Origin: Tubiluchus corallicola
Lineage: Eukaryota; Animalia; Priapulida
Assembly: GCA_030141605.1 (NCBI GenBank)
Contig: JAQGDQ010000030.1
Span: 996,558-1,060,557 of the forward strand
DNA: 64,000 nt
Direction: 5' to 3'
The notes under the pieces were generated by a model. That model was not told the DNA's origin. It saw only the letters and a program-made list of their open reading frames with translations, and did not search any database. The stretch's first letter is position 1. Each line of letters starts with the position of its first letter. Positions 1-12,737 of the stretch are shown piece by piece. A program made the position numbers and the translations under genes.

Positions 1-161
1 GGTTGGTGAATTTCAAATTTCTCAGAGAAGCTGAAACAAGTGATTTTTTTCAAAATTGTTGGTACAGCGGAGTAATTATGTTATTGTTTAGCATTTTAGA
101 TCGCTTAATAATTTTTCTTATAAGGTTTACTTACATTATACTGAACTGTTTTTTCTTTCAG

Positions 162-282
162 CTGTCTTCCTAGATTATCTTTTATTTCGCTTGAATATCA
201 GGCTACAGAAATCCACATGTTTTGGAGCTACCGGGCTTTATCATTTCATTGTGGGCTGTATGGTGGCTGCTGTTGCATATAG
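162..282 (+). CDS. POMT2: Protein O-mannosyltransferase 2, penultimate coding exon (gene continues upstream of the window)
   Basis: ttttctttcag acceptor and ag|gtaaaa donor; 121 nt, phase 1 to 2. Encodes (A)VFLDYLLFRLNIRLQKSTCFGATGLYHFIVGCMVAAVAY(S), which aligns with the last transmembrane region of POMT2 (GILWDTLL...LLGTAYS) as recalled. Confidence 0.8.
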
Positions 283-1721
283 GTAAAAGTGATCATTTTC
301 AGCATTGTTTTACATAAAACTAAATGTTTAAACTGACATCCATTTCAGTTTCAGATTCATTTTATAACCACCAAAATAAAAATTTTATTTGCTGCAATCA
401 GATCGTGAAATGTAAATTCAAATTTAACCATGGCAGGTATCACATTTTACAGTTTTATAGCGTTAACCATGGCAGACATCATTTTTTTATAATTTGATGA
501 CATCTGTCAGTTTGATCCTAAGAGTCCAGGGTGAATAAAATTTTAATTTGGTGAGTATAGTTCATTGTTCTTGAAGAAGCAAAAAGTGATTATTATAAAC
601 CACCCTGTAGAATCAAGATTCATTCTTTTTTTGACTGTTTATGTAAAGCTTTGTAGCTTTATGACCTTGTTTTAACCAGCAGTCTATCATCCATTTCATT
701 TTAGTTCTGTTAACTGTTTACTCAGTTAACTGTTTAGTTGTGATTACTTAGTTATTTTAAAACAACATTATTAAATTTTATTGACTTATCATTGCCACAT
801 TTTGAATTTTCTAAACTTCGGTTTAACATTCCATTTTGTTACTTGTGACATATGGCAAACACACTATAGTCTTAAAAACATTTCATACATGTTATAGTTT
901 CCTTCATTCTCTTTGTCAAACCGAGGTTCCTAGCAGGCTAGCTAGTGGTATCATTTGTATTTAGTATTTTCACAACTAAGCTATTTATATTTTTACCTAA
1001 TGATGCTATAAAAAAAGATTATTACTGCAACTTATATAGGGAGGTTAGGAGTCATCTACGTAAACATAATGATATCACGTTTTCGGCCGATTTCGAGGAC
1101 CTCTCTGCTTTGCCTTATAATGGCATTATCGTATGCCCCACCACTTACCTACCTTTATGTTGATATTGACATCACACCGAGGTAGCTTTTGCTACATTTT
1201 ATTCTTGCATCTCCTGAAGACAGGCAACAACATCACTTGTGTTAATTAACAGGAAACTATCAGTAGATTTTACTGGCATAGGCGTTGGGGGCGGTAGCAG
1301 TCCCAGTTCATTGAACTCATTCTCGTCGACCCATTCTGTAGATTCCTCATCTTTTTGACCAATTACAACCAGTCATTTCTTGTTCCGCGGCACTGCCAGA
1401 CTTACTGGATGAGTTGGTTGGTCGTTTAATTGCAACGCCACAGGTGGCTCAATCTGCTACTGTTGACATTAATTACAACTCTATAGGGGTGTCTTCATGG
1501 ATTTTTGAGATGCTTGATAAACGTTGCAAATCCTGCAGGTTTTCCTGCTGATTTCTCTCTCCTTAAGAATGATAACGATATCATCACTAAATCACCTAAA
1601 TACCTTGCATTACAATGGCATTATCATGCCCCCTGGAAACCTACCTAAACTTGATATTGTTATAATGTGGATGGCCCCTTATATTCATTACAGTAAAGTC
1701 TCATTCATTTTAATGTTTCAG

Positions 1722-1833
1722 CTTTTATCTGTTTGCTCCATTGACCTACGGCCTGCCTGATGAAATGTTGATTAATGCAACTGGTGGAATGGCAGTACTA
1801 GAAGGATTTCACTGGTTACCCACTTGGCTTTGA
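1722..1833 (+). CDS. POMT2: Protein O-mannosyltransferase 2, terminal coding exon
   Basis: tgtttcag acceptor, phase 2 matching the previous exon. Encodes SFYLFAPLTYGLPDEMLINATGGMAVLEGFHWLPTWL*, matching the POMT2 C-terminus SFYLFHPLAYG...GLRWLDSWDF. AATAAA at 2223-2228. Confidence 0.85.
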
Positions 1834-2819
1834 CCATGTTGGAATGTGTGCTCATGCTCTACTGTGTAAAACAGTTCAGAAGGAAAGCACAGTGCAGCTT
1901 TCATTAACTCTTGCCTACGATGTTACCCTCTGTGAGATGCACTACTTATTGTATGCATACTCTGTATGCAAACGAGTTAGTGCCAGTAGTTAGTAAATGT
2001 TTTCATAGTATAAAGCCTGGGAGAGTGGGTGTAACTAAACAGTCATCATTGATCTTGGCAATGGTTGTATAGTCGTAATGATTAGCTTTGGTAATGACAG
2101 ATTGTGACGTCTGTGTTCTAACAGCTGAAAAATAGTGGAATAGCGGGGCAAATCATAAAGGCTTTGTTTCCTGACTAAAGTTTTTTCCCAAATGACTAAA
2201 TACTAGGTTTTAGTTATTTTAAAATAAATATTTTTACTGTAAAATAGATATTCCTAAATAAGCTTTTGCAATATTTTTCATAATGACTCTGTAGCATAAA
2301 GCAACAGGCATGAACAATGATATGAGATACCAGAAGATCTATTGGTTAACAGCTGCGGAACAGAAAACAGTGTAACTGCTAATGAATCAGACACAAATTG
2401 GAGATGATTTGATAACTATGAGCCATGTTTAAGACATCAATCTTACTAGGTTATTGTGATCATGGGTTTCTTATGTTTTTTATTTGCTGGCATTTTTCAC
2501 AAAGTTGGTAACATGGTTTCCTGGTTATAAACTGTCTGTTATCTTAGTGTCAGAATTTGCACTCTCTTCATCTTATCCAGCATTATCAGGTGCTCCTTTG
2601 AAAAGTGTGATTTTCTCTCAGGTTTATTGCTAAATTTTTCTTTTGTTTAGTTTAACTGGTAATTCTGGTTCATTACTTAATTAAATCTTGCCCTGTACAC
2701 TTAGTTTATTCATCTACTAACACCCTTTTTGCAATACTAAACATTTTAATAACTTTTCAATACTATTATTTTTTACATAGTAGAGAATATTTGTTTATGT
2801 AAACTCTATTATTCTATTA

Positions 2820-4560
2820 TTTGACTTCTATCACGTTTAACTTCCATTTGATAACTTGCCTTATTATGATGTCACTTCCACGTTCATTGACACAGTTCAG
2901 TCTGCTTCCACTTAATCCCTCTGCCCCATGTAAGAATTTCCATCTTTCATCTCTTGACATTTTTTTCTCTCTTTTTGCTATATATTTTCTAATTCATTTT
3001 TTCACTCTCTAACCCAACTAGACCTCATCCGTTTCAACTTTTATAATGTATTCTTTGTTTCAAGTTTTTATAATGTAGTCTTTGTTTCATTGGTTGTACC
3101 ACTAAAGTCAAAAATCATTCCCCTATATGGTGTTGATTGCCTCTGACCATATAATCTGCATTAATTATCCTTATGCCACTTTTCTGCTTCATCCCATAAT
3201 CTATTACTCATTTCACCCTACACCTCTACATTTTGATATTAAACTTAAAATGAATCAGTGGCTCGTAGCTAGAATTACAGGTGATACTGCCTCAGAAAAT
3301 TTTTAGCCATTGTTTTAGTACTGTGTAAAGCGAAACAGACACAAGTACTGCACTTGTACTAAAGTTATTAAGTTATACAAGTATACACATGCTTATAATT
3401 CATCACTCCACCTTGAGCCATTCTCCATCATCAGTTGAACTAGGCATTAGTAATCAATTTTTTCAATTTTCCCTTTTAATTCACTGTGTATATCTCTTTG
3501 TCTTCTATCACTAATAGTCATATACTGTGACTCTTGTTCCAAATGCAACTTTTTATTGTTTTTTGAGTATCTACAATTTTTAACAGTTGTTTCAACAGGA
3601 TTAATTCCCTGTATACCTAAGTATCGTTAACATACAGTCTTGATTTATTAACGTTTCGATACCTATGGAAACGTATAAATTTTCTCAAATTTTCTTAACT
3701 CTGGTTTTACTAACATTTTTGGGCCCCAAATTGTTCTCTGTTTCATCGTTTCACCAATTATGAATTCATACCGCATATCAGCTGGGGATCTTCGTTATGT
3801 CGTATCACAAACAGCTGTGATTTATTCGATAACATCAGTAACACGACATTGAAAGTTAACAGTGAAAATTTTGTGCTAACACTAATAAACAAGAGCAAAT
3901 GATGCCTGAAATCTTTCTGCAACACGCTGTTACAAATTATGCATCATAGTTAAAAATATAATACCATAGATGATACTAGACACATATTGTGGGATTATTT
4001 ATCCTACACATTTATTATTTTCCCAAATTCCCATGCAATAAACTCTTCATTTCTCCAAATTTTTTCTGCCTGTGCCACCATTTATCATGTTTACATTGTA
4101 TACTCTTCATTTCTCCAAATTTTATCTGCCTGTGCCACCATTTATCATGTTTACATTGTATCACTTTGTGATGCCATAAACACAATGGCTTTTGAGTTTT
4201 GGCTTTCAATTTGTTTCCGGTTTTCACCTTTTTTCATCTTTCTGAATTTCACCAGTTGAAATTCTATAATTCAAATATTCAATTTCTCTCTGACTTTGTC
4301 ATCATATCTTCCTTTCTTATATAATACCTTTTTTATCATTATAATGTTTCTTCATTTGCTTACTAATTCTCTTCAGTAAATGCACAATTTCATCTTTTCT
4401 GGTATTTATCTCCACTTCCGAGTCTGAACACATTTGTGGCCTGTGAGGTCACACCTTGGTTTCTGTCTGCGTTTCTCATCTCGTCTCTATGAATGAAACA
4501 TTTAGCCGGGACTTTCCGGACATTTCTTTATTTCCATATCGAATTATCCTAAATAGTCAT
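2820..4560 (-). mobile_element. Decayed non-LTR retrotransposon (reverse transcriptase and C-terminal region)
   Basis: Minus-strand fragments GETMKQRTIWGPKM (QG motif-like, about 3720-3755), SRLYVNDT (YxDD-like, about 3620-3645), QRQSTPYRG and RQVIKWKLNVIEV, in the expected order with many stops and frameshifts. Confidence 0.7.
4042..4161. repeat. 60-bp tandem duplication (2 near-identical copies)
   Basis: actcttcatttctccaaattt...tttacattgtat occurs at 4042-4101 and 4102-4161. Confidence 0.95.
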
Positions 4561-5370
4561 GCTAACATCGATTTTAACTAATCATGTCCAGTTTATGACA
4601 ATGTTAAACATTTCATTTGGCAGTTTTCATGTACTTATAATTAGTATGCATCTCAGAGAAATTTTAAGGTCCACGTAAATGTAGAAATGCAGTATGTGTC
4701 TAGATTGACTATAGACCACTCTTTTATGCAAAATTAAAAACATCGTGAAATTTTTCATGTCGTGAAAAGTGAACAATGGAAATAGTTGTTATTTAATATT
4801 AAATCGCCTTAGCAACTGGCAGTTGAAGAACTCGTCTCGCAAACTCTTAGCTTTAAACGATTGTTGAAGCTTATTTACCATTCATACACAGAGCTCAAGG
4901 ATCTCAAACATTGACTTACAAATCTTTAGTGAGAAGTTTAACAAAATAAAATGTCTTCAATTGAAGAGGAAAGCATAACTGTTATTTTGTTTCATCGTTT
5001 TTCTTGATCTTTTTGTTTTGTTGTTCAGTTGGTTTCTATAATTCAAGTTTCTATAATGCTAGCAGAAAATCTGCTTATCCACATCCTGGTGAGACTTATC
5101 TGCGTTTAATATTTAAATAAGAAAACATGTGTGAACAAGAAAATACTTAGTTATTTCTGCCTAAAATACTCAGTGTAAGTTGTTGAAGAAATTACTTGAA
5201 ATTTTTTTATAAAAACTGCTAAAGAGTTAACTATAAGAGTTGGACAATATAAATTTAATACTTATATTTATTTACTTTTAGCAAGTATAATGATATTCAC
5301 AGAAGACATAAGAACAAGTCACTGCTGTACATTTTATGATCAAAATAGAATTAAAACTATTATATTATTT

Positions 5371-5387
5371 ATATATATATATATATA
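5371..5387. repeat. (TA)n microsatellite
   Basis: Direct reading. Confidence 0.9.
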
Positions 5388-5499
5388 CGTCAGGGCAGTC
5401 ATATTACATTACACGCATGGTACAATTCTGTACAAACTACAATAATTTTTATGCCCTAAGCACATTTTATCCAATTCCCAGATATTACCAGAATAATTA

Positions 5500-5505
5500 T
5501 TTATT
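5500..5505 (-). terminator. Candidate Eya polyadenylation signal (AATAAA); alternative at 5267-5272
   Basis: tttatt on the plus strand, about 1.5 kb past the Eya stop. The hexamer is common in AT-rich DNA, so support is weak. Confidence 0.3.
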
Positions 5506-6644
5506 AAGTTCGCAGGTATACATTTAACTTCTACATTTTGTATAAAACGTTCAAACATGCCAAAAGTCAGATTGGATACAATGAAAATCATGGAAAAGTA
5601 TTACAAAGTTCATAAGAATCTTCATTCTAGTACTTCATTGATATTAGAAGTGAAAGAAAAAGCAGTGCTACATCCCCAAAACTTTCCAAATATAAAGATA
5701 TTATCTAGACTTATGCTAAACTAAAGAAACTAAAGAAGACATTTCTTAATTTTAAATGTTTGCACCAGCTGGTAAAACCACCGATTTCACAGTGTGCACC
5801 AAAAAACATTATTAATCTTATTTTGACAAGATAAAGTGATTTATAATTTTGCTTGGTTAGCAGAGAGTGTGCTATGAATGGTCTAATTTTGGCAGTTTAA
5901 ATTTTTGTTTTATGCAGCTTTGCTAGTCAGAATGTAAATACAAAAGAATGTAGGTAAATACAAAATTTCAAGAGCTTTAAAAGATTTTCTTTTCCTTTAA
6001 GCTGTTCTACAATTGGACTGTTTTACAAATAACTAAATCATAACTAGTTAAATCATTACGCCATGTAGATTAGTTTCTCGTATAACATCTTAGTAGGGAT
6101 TGTCTGTTGCTCATTTGATATGTCTTTAGCTAGTATCTGTGCTTTTTGGCTAAGAAATTGTCATAATTAGGCAAGACGTTACTAACTGACACTTAATGAT
6201 GAAAACTTCTATTTACCAATTGTTTAAAATTAAGTACAGATCTTTTTAAATCACTTTAACGCATTCGCATAGTAGTAAACAAATTTGTGACTTGTGATTT
6301 ACAACAGAAACAAACAACAAATGTGACGGCTAAAATCTCTACAGCAACAATAATCATAATATTAGCAAAACTGTACAAAATCAGAAACATCATCTGTTAT
6401 ACAGATAAATAAGTAACAATGTGGTTATACAAGCTCGTTAAATATCTTTGGTTTTTGCTTGTGACGAAGGTAGCGTTAGCTCTGTGCTATATAACATGCC
6501 ATAATTTTCATATGGTACTAATTACAAACTGCGAAAACTTGATTCTATCTTGACACACAGTTTTTTTACTACATAACTGTACCACATCACACTTAACCTA
6601 CATCGTCAGGCTCTGTCCCGTGGCCTTGTGTCACCTTGCTCTCG

Positions 6645-6708
6645 GTTGCCGTGGCAACAGACTGTTTTTGCCGCGGCACCAACATCCTTTCACTGTTACT
6701 ATGGCAAC
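6645..6708. promoter_or_regulatory. Cluster of RFX X-box motifs
   Basis: GTTGCCGTGGCAAC (6645-6658), degenerate TTTGCCGCGGCACC (6667-6680) and GTTACTATGGCAAC (6695-6708); consensus GTTGCCATGGCAAC. Confidence 0.65.
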
Positions 6709-7049
6709 AAGTGGAATGTTGAAAAGCTATTCACATAGTCGTATTTTGGCGCCTCTACTTTCTCCAGCTCCTGTACGGCACTATATTATATGCTATGTAA
6801 TGTTCTGCATTTTGAACACCGCACAAGCTATTTTTCTTATTTGTCTTTCTGCAAAGTTGCTCAGCACGCACTGGCACTATAAAATGCCCAAAAAAATTAA
6901 CACCAGTGTATATGTTGTCCAATGATCATTCTGCTAGATGCATACCTTCAGTATACATTTCAGGAGTTAAATGGCACAGTTATGTCTGTTTGTCTCATTG
7001 GCAATGTATGCACATGAAGGTTCTGACGTCATTTCACATGTACACTAAG

Positions 7050-7130
7050 CTAAAGAAAATTGAATTCCAGTGCTTGATGCAATGCCGCAAGATCCGAATG
7101 GCTCGTTATTCTCCAGAACGGGATGTTTAA
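7050..7130 (-). CDS. eya: Eyes absent, terminal coding exon (81 nt including TAG)
   Basis: TTTTTTCTAG acceptor; LNIPFWRITSHSDLAALHQALEFNFL*, the canonical Eya C-terminus. Confidence 0.97.
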   Translation of the reverse strand, partial: LNIPFWRITSHSDLAALHQALEFNFL

Positions 7131-7171
7131 CTAGAAAAAAAAGAACGTACATGAAACATATTACAGAAGTC

Positions 7172-7410
7172 ATAGTCACTGAAAGTCTAGTTACATATGC
7201 TGATGTGCTGACTGCCGAATCTACGGCCAACCCAAATGTACGAAACAACCAATAGTTAGTGAAAGTCCAGTTACATATGCTGATGTGCTGACTGCCGAAT
7301 CTACGGTGAACCCAAATGTATAGAACAACCAATAGTTACTGAAAGTCCAGTTACATATACTGATTTGCTGACAGCCGAATCTATGGTGAACCCAAATGTA
7401 TGAAACAAGC
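7172..7410. repeat. 80-bp minisatellite, 3 copies, in the last Eya intron
   Basis: gaaagtc[t/c]agttacatat...cccaaatgta begins at 7181, 7261 and 7341. Confidence 0.95.
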
Positions 7411-8032
7411 AAATTCTCATCCTTCTTAAATTACACAAACGTCTTCTAACACAATGCCGTGCTTGTCATGCCAAACTCACTCTATCATGAATTAATATTC
7501 TAGTCCATTGTAAAACCAGTATCCAACACTTAGCTTTCTTATTAATTTTATTAACAATTTACGAGCATACTTTTTGTTTCCTTCTGTACCCAAACCTCAC
7601 AAGCCGAGGAGAATTGCAGAGTGTAGAAATTCTGTCATATTAAGAGATCTAGAAACTGGCACCAGAGTGATCAACCTTTTCAGAATAATTGCTCTGTTTC
7701 GCTGCAACCTTGCTTTTAACATTTGGGGCCCTTAGCACAAATGGTTGAACGGACATTGTATTTTAGAAGGCAAGCAAGTATAGTCAGAACAAGGAGATAA
7801 ATTTGTATGCCAATCTCATACACACTATTAAATAGCAATAATATGATATTTTACATACACAGTGTTTTAAACAGTGTTAACAGCTTGGTGCTCCTGTTTT
7901 ATATCAGTGTAAGCATATCAACATCAAATAATTCTTTGCTTGTTCAGAATATCAACACAAGCTCAGCCAGAGCAGTAAAACATGGCTAACTTTTGCATTA
8001 TTCACACACAGAAAATATGAATATCAACACAC

Positions 8033-8133
8033 CTGTTTTGCGGCAGATTCTTCATCACGACCATCGCCCACTACAACATATGTACATTTCCTGCCAAATC
8101 TGGACACTATGCGCTCGAAACAGTTTTCTTTAC
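8033..8133 (-). CDS. eya: Eyes absent exon (101 nt) with HAD motif GDGRDEE
   Basis: TTTCTAG acceptor, CAG|GTGTGT donor; [34 protein letters not shown]. Confidence 0.98.
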
Positions 8134-8513
8134 CTAGAAAACAACTAAGAAGGTCAATAGACTGACATTTGCCACAAAGTTCAGAAAAATGATCTCTTCT
8201 GAATCTAAATGCGCACAAACTGCAATTGTACAGCAACAGTGTTTTTATTTATCAGTACAGTTTATGGAGAAAGACATGGGCATAAAACTATAGAAATGCC
8301 CAACATAGGTCATGATAAACAAACATCTGAAATTTACATCGTAACTTTGAATACCACACCCTTTTACTTTTACACCTTTGCATTAATCCGTCGAAAAAAA
8401 TACGTGGAAAATATCTAAGGAATGTGTCATTATCTCACTACTGCATTTCATTTATTATTTAGTTATTTATGTAACTAACTAAAATTAAGGTGACAAACAA
8501 CCATTAAAGTTAC

Positions 8514-8635
8514 CTATTTTTGAGGCTGAATATATGTTTTCTACAGGAAAAGCACCACCAAGTCCATACAAGACCAACTTCGCTAAGGCCGGAACAAGTT
8601 GTGTAGTCGTTACGAGCACATTAACACAATTTGGC
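8514..8635 (-). CDS. eya: Eyes absent exon (122 nt)
   Basis: TTTCAG acceptor, AG|GTAAC donor; [41 protein letters not shown](G). Confidence 0.98.
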
Positions 8636-8735
8636 CTGAAATAAAAAGAAAACCATGTAACATCATTTCAACCTTTTTTGTCCTGTTTTTTCTTCCAATA
8701 AACAATACTACTATGATAATGCTGCAAGTTCTTAC

Positions 8736-8850
8736 CTAGACTGGATGATTAAAAGGGACTTAAGTGCCATTTGTAACCAGTTATCTGTGACCTGTTCTAT
8801 CTCTTGCCGCAATTGTAACCACTGTTCCCTTTTGGCTGGACCAAGTAAGC
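8736..8850 (-). CDS. eya: Eyes absent exon (115 nt)
   Basis: TTTTCTAG acceptor, AG|GTAAG donor; [38 protein letters not shown](R). Confidence 0.98.
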
Positions 8851-9385
8851 CTAGAAAAGCAAAATACATGATAATTCTTTTTAATAAATGGGTCTATCGT
8901 ATCACTGTCTAAGTTACACCTGACGGCTGGTACTAATTATATTTGACAACTACTATCAGTAGCATTGCTTGGCAAAAATATTAACAAACTAAACGCATGT
9001 TTTCTTAGGATAACCCAGGAAAAGCACCAGAGGTATAAACACTTTTTCCAATGTAGCCCCTTTAATGGTCTTTATCAAACCTGTATGCTTTCTGCAAAAT
9101 ATCCTCAGTGCTACTTTTAATACCACCTCTGAGGTTTATTATAACTTAGCATTAATTTGACCGTGGCTCACAGCATGCATGGAAAGAATATTTGCTAGAT
9201 CTAAAAGCCAATGCACCTAAAATGGGGTTTTAAAGTTGCTAATACTGCATGTCGCATGTTGCAATAGGTAAGTTACCACCTGAATTTTATATTATTTGTT
9301 TAAAATGTTTCACAAACTACATAACTAAGTCAGAACAAAGTGAAGCATCATGACAAGCAGAATATTTTTGAACAGCTTACTTTAC

Positions 9386-9546
9386 CTCCAACATTATTCT
9401 TGTAACTATTGTAGATTTCTTTTATTCGACGATATCGGAATGCTAATTTTCTCATCCAGTCAACGCCACCTCGCACTCCCGTCGCTAAGCACAGGTTGGC
9501 ATTTGTGGCAGCCGCATGGAATCCATCAGTGGCAAAATTATAATTA
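9386..9546 (-). CDS. eya: Eyes absent exon (161 nt)
   Basis: TTTCAG acceptor, GAG|GTAAA donor; [54 protein letters not shown]. Confidence 0.98.
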
Positions 9547-10040
9547 CTGAAATTATGAAAGTAAACATATACATTTAATTACCTCAGTTCACAGAAAGTG
9601 TAATTACCTAATTGAATATGTTATTACAGGCCTATATATTATTCTACAGTAAAGTAACGTTAGGCTCAGTGGTGCCCTTGGTAAGTGCTAATATTATACC
9701 TTTGGTTTCATAGTTGCTAAACTAGCAAAATGTAGGAGCTCTCTGAAAACGTCAGAAGTTTTGTAAACGACAAAAAACCTTTCCTTGAAAGCGCTTGTTT
9801 TATATGGAATCAACCACTCAAGACTTTTATACTCAAGTATTCACTGTTTAAGTAGTGCCACTATATCAAAATCGCAGTGGAGGCTCAATTTAATTCATGA
9901 CAATGTTGGAGAATTACTTTAAATTAACTATTTGCCATTATTTTCACAACTAACTGGCACGTTCCACATTAGTTTGACTTTATAAGAATAAATTCAGATG
10001 ACAGTGTATATTAGTGAAATATAAGAGCTCTTCCATATAC

Positions 10041-10099
10041 CTTAAATCTTGACCATTATCGTCAGACGATACATCATCTATGTGTACTTGGTCGCATTC
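10041..10099 (-). CDS. eya: Eyes absent exon (59 nt)
   Basis: TTTTTGTAG acceptor, AG|GTAT donor; ECDQVHIDDVSSDDNGQDL(S). Confidence 0.98.
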
Positions 10100-12647
10100 C
10101 TACAAAAAGTAAACACATAACCAATGATTACCAGTAGCAACAATCGCCTAATTAGCAATCATCGACTATTTGGCACTGACGATCAAATGTTTTTTAAACT
10201 ACAATAGAAAAGCATTGTCCTTTCCTACAAAGCTTTACCCTGCAAATTGATGATGCACACAGCTTTGCACTGACATCTGACTGTAACCGCATTAAAGAAA
10301 TCATTTACTGTCAATGCCAAGCCATCTAAGATGATCAGAGGTTTTTATTAGTGAGCATATGTATGAAATATGTATGTCAAATTTGTATGAAAAGCCCCTT
10401 TCAAACAAAACAAAATTGTTGTGAAAAGGAAATTGCACAAAAATAACTTTGCCTGCAAAGATCTGTTGCATCAGCTTTATTAGTAAAATGGAAAAACTTA
10501 CTTAAAGATAATGTATACATGGTAAAAACTTCTATGTATCGGAAGGCTTATATTATACCTGTACAAAGTGTACAGTACACAACAATTCATTTACAGTATA
10601 CAACAATAATTCATGTTAAGTTACAGTACCAAAGTTTATTCAAACTTCTTAAATTTCCTAGTGTAGAAATTTCCAGGGATGAGAAAACAAACATAAGAAA
10701 TTAATGATGAAAGTATGTTCAACAAAGCCAATATCTACCAAAACTGTCGTAGGTATAAAGTGCATATTTTAACCCCTTGTTTGTACACAGACTGTTTTTA
10801 TTCAAAATATTTTATTATGAAACAAAGGTTTGTGCAAGTCAGACCAAAAGAGAAAATGAACACCACATTTGTTTCCCAGCGAGCGTGATTTTGATTTGTG
10901 CGCTGTTTATTTGAGATGGTAATTAGTAGCATATTTCATCTTACGTGCATAATGCGCACCAAATGGCGAATTATCTCGGCGAAAAATCCTTCAAGAGCTA
11001 AGACAAGGCAAATGGACGGTTTTTGTACAAACGGCGGAAGAGGTTTAATTTCCGCCACATTTTCCTGCCAGCCAAATTCACTCAGGAATTTAGCGCAAGT
11101 CGATTACAAGAGGTTTTTGTTCGAAGACTGTTGTTTAACACTACTTTAGCATTTTTAAGAAAAGATAAATAGTAAAATCCAGTAACTCATAAAGAAGGTT
11201 GACCTACACTTTATTGGAGGCTAAATCTGCCAAACTGTTTCGATTCTGTACCAGTACAATACATTTTCAAAGGTAATCAGTGAATCACACTTCAAGACAC
11301 TAAAAAACTTAATTACAATGAAATAGTGTCATCATTTATATAAGCTTTGAAAATCTGAACATTTCTGCCATACCAGCAGAATACATGAGCTTGTTAGCAA
11401 AAATGGTGGTAATAAAATGTAATAAGCTACAATACAAGCACTTGCTGTGGTACAGATCAATCGTGTAACTATGCAGAATAAATTTCACCACAATAAGCAT
11501 TTTCGCAGTTTTGCTACATGCGTGCGCGGTTGCTGTAGGTCAAAGGTTAAGTGAATCCAACATGTCTTAACTACAACCGTGATGTGACATGTGAGTAAAG
11601 CCCATATGGTAAAGCTATCTGCTACACTGGTAAGTAAAAAAACATTAATTGAGTAATGCTGTATAATTTTAAATACATGTTATTCTTATCTGAAAACACC
11701 TAGCAAAATAGTAACAATAGTCCATGTATAATAAAATAACTGAAGCGACGCCAAGAACTGTTACTCGTATAACAGCATGTGCCGCAAGGCGTGTCAAGCG
11801 TACATAAAAGAGTTGTTGGGTTCACTTTTCATAATCATCATCAATTGCTGGAATTGCGAAAAAGCTTATTTATACACATCACATTTCTGTGCTTAAACTG
11901 TCGATTTTCATGAACCATTTTCGAAAATAATTATAGAGATGGCATAAAATTGGCAAATTTCTGTTAAATTTGAGAAGTACTCCCAAGCCACCATCCCATT
12001 TTATTTCCCACCAAATTGGAACAGATCATTAAAGGAAAACCAGACGATTCTGTAGAGATTAGTTCAAAATATGGTGTGCTATAAAATACTGAAAGCTACA
12101 ATAATTTTTTAAATCAAAGCTTAGATTAAATAATAATTACCTCGGGTAGTTAAATTTTGTTAACTTTTCATAGTTGCACGCGGCTCAGTGAATCTACTAA
12201 GACTAGCCATCGTGCTTTTTTGTCACATTTGCGTGGCCGACAGACGCGATAATTTAAGCAAAATTATGAACTGCAGTGTCAGCTGTGACGTAGAGAACAT
12301 TTTCGCAACATCACATCAGTGTCTTATAACAATCTTTGCTCATTAAACGAGCTTGATGCACAGGGAAGATGCCTATCATTGCACAAATCGTGATTAGTTT
12401 GTGATGTAAGTGATAGCTGTGTTCCGATGCCGTTAATTAACTTTTCAAGCTAATTATTCGAATATAAGAAATAACTGCTAACTTTTATAGGCAAGAAAAC
12501 GTACATTTTGGACAGTAAATTAAAACGAGATTAAGTATAATCAATTGTCCAGTTTGCCTTTAAAGTTTACATAAAGCCAATACTGATCCAACTCGGATCA
12601 TGGATTATTAACACTTAACAGACAGAATGTGAACAGAAACCATTTAC

Positions 12648-12737
12648 CTCTAGGTCGTTGAAAAATAAATGTGTGTCGGCTAGGTCAAAGATCATGGTTT
12701 CCATACGAAGACCAAGCGATACTGTACTGCTATGGTC
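12648..12737 (-). CDS. eya: Eyes absent exon (90 nt)
   Basis: TTTTACAG acceptor, GAG|GTAAA donor; [30 protein letters not shown]. Confidence 0.98.

Noticed and set aside
7029-7052. Stop-codon readthrough at Eya TAG-C
   Set aside because: The context TAG CTT AG is not the CTAG or CARYYA motif, and the extension would be only 7 residues.
7172-7410. CRISPR-like array, also considered for 34131-34222
   Set aside because: Units repeat head-to-tail with no unique spacers, the context is eukaryotic, and there are no cas genes.
7131-8513. Duplicate mutually exclusive GDG exon as in vertebrate EYA4
   Set aside because: No second GKExCFERI-like sequence in either flanking intron.
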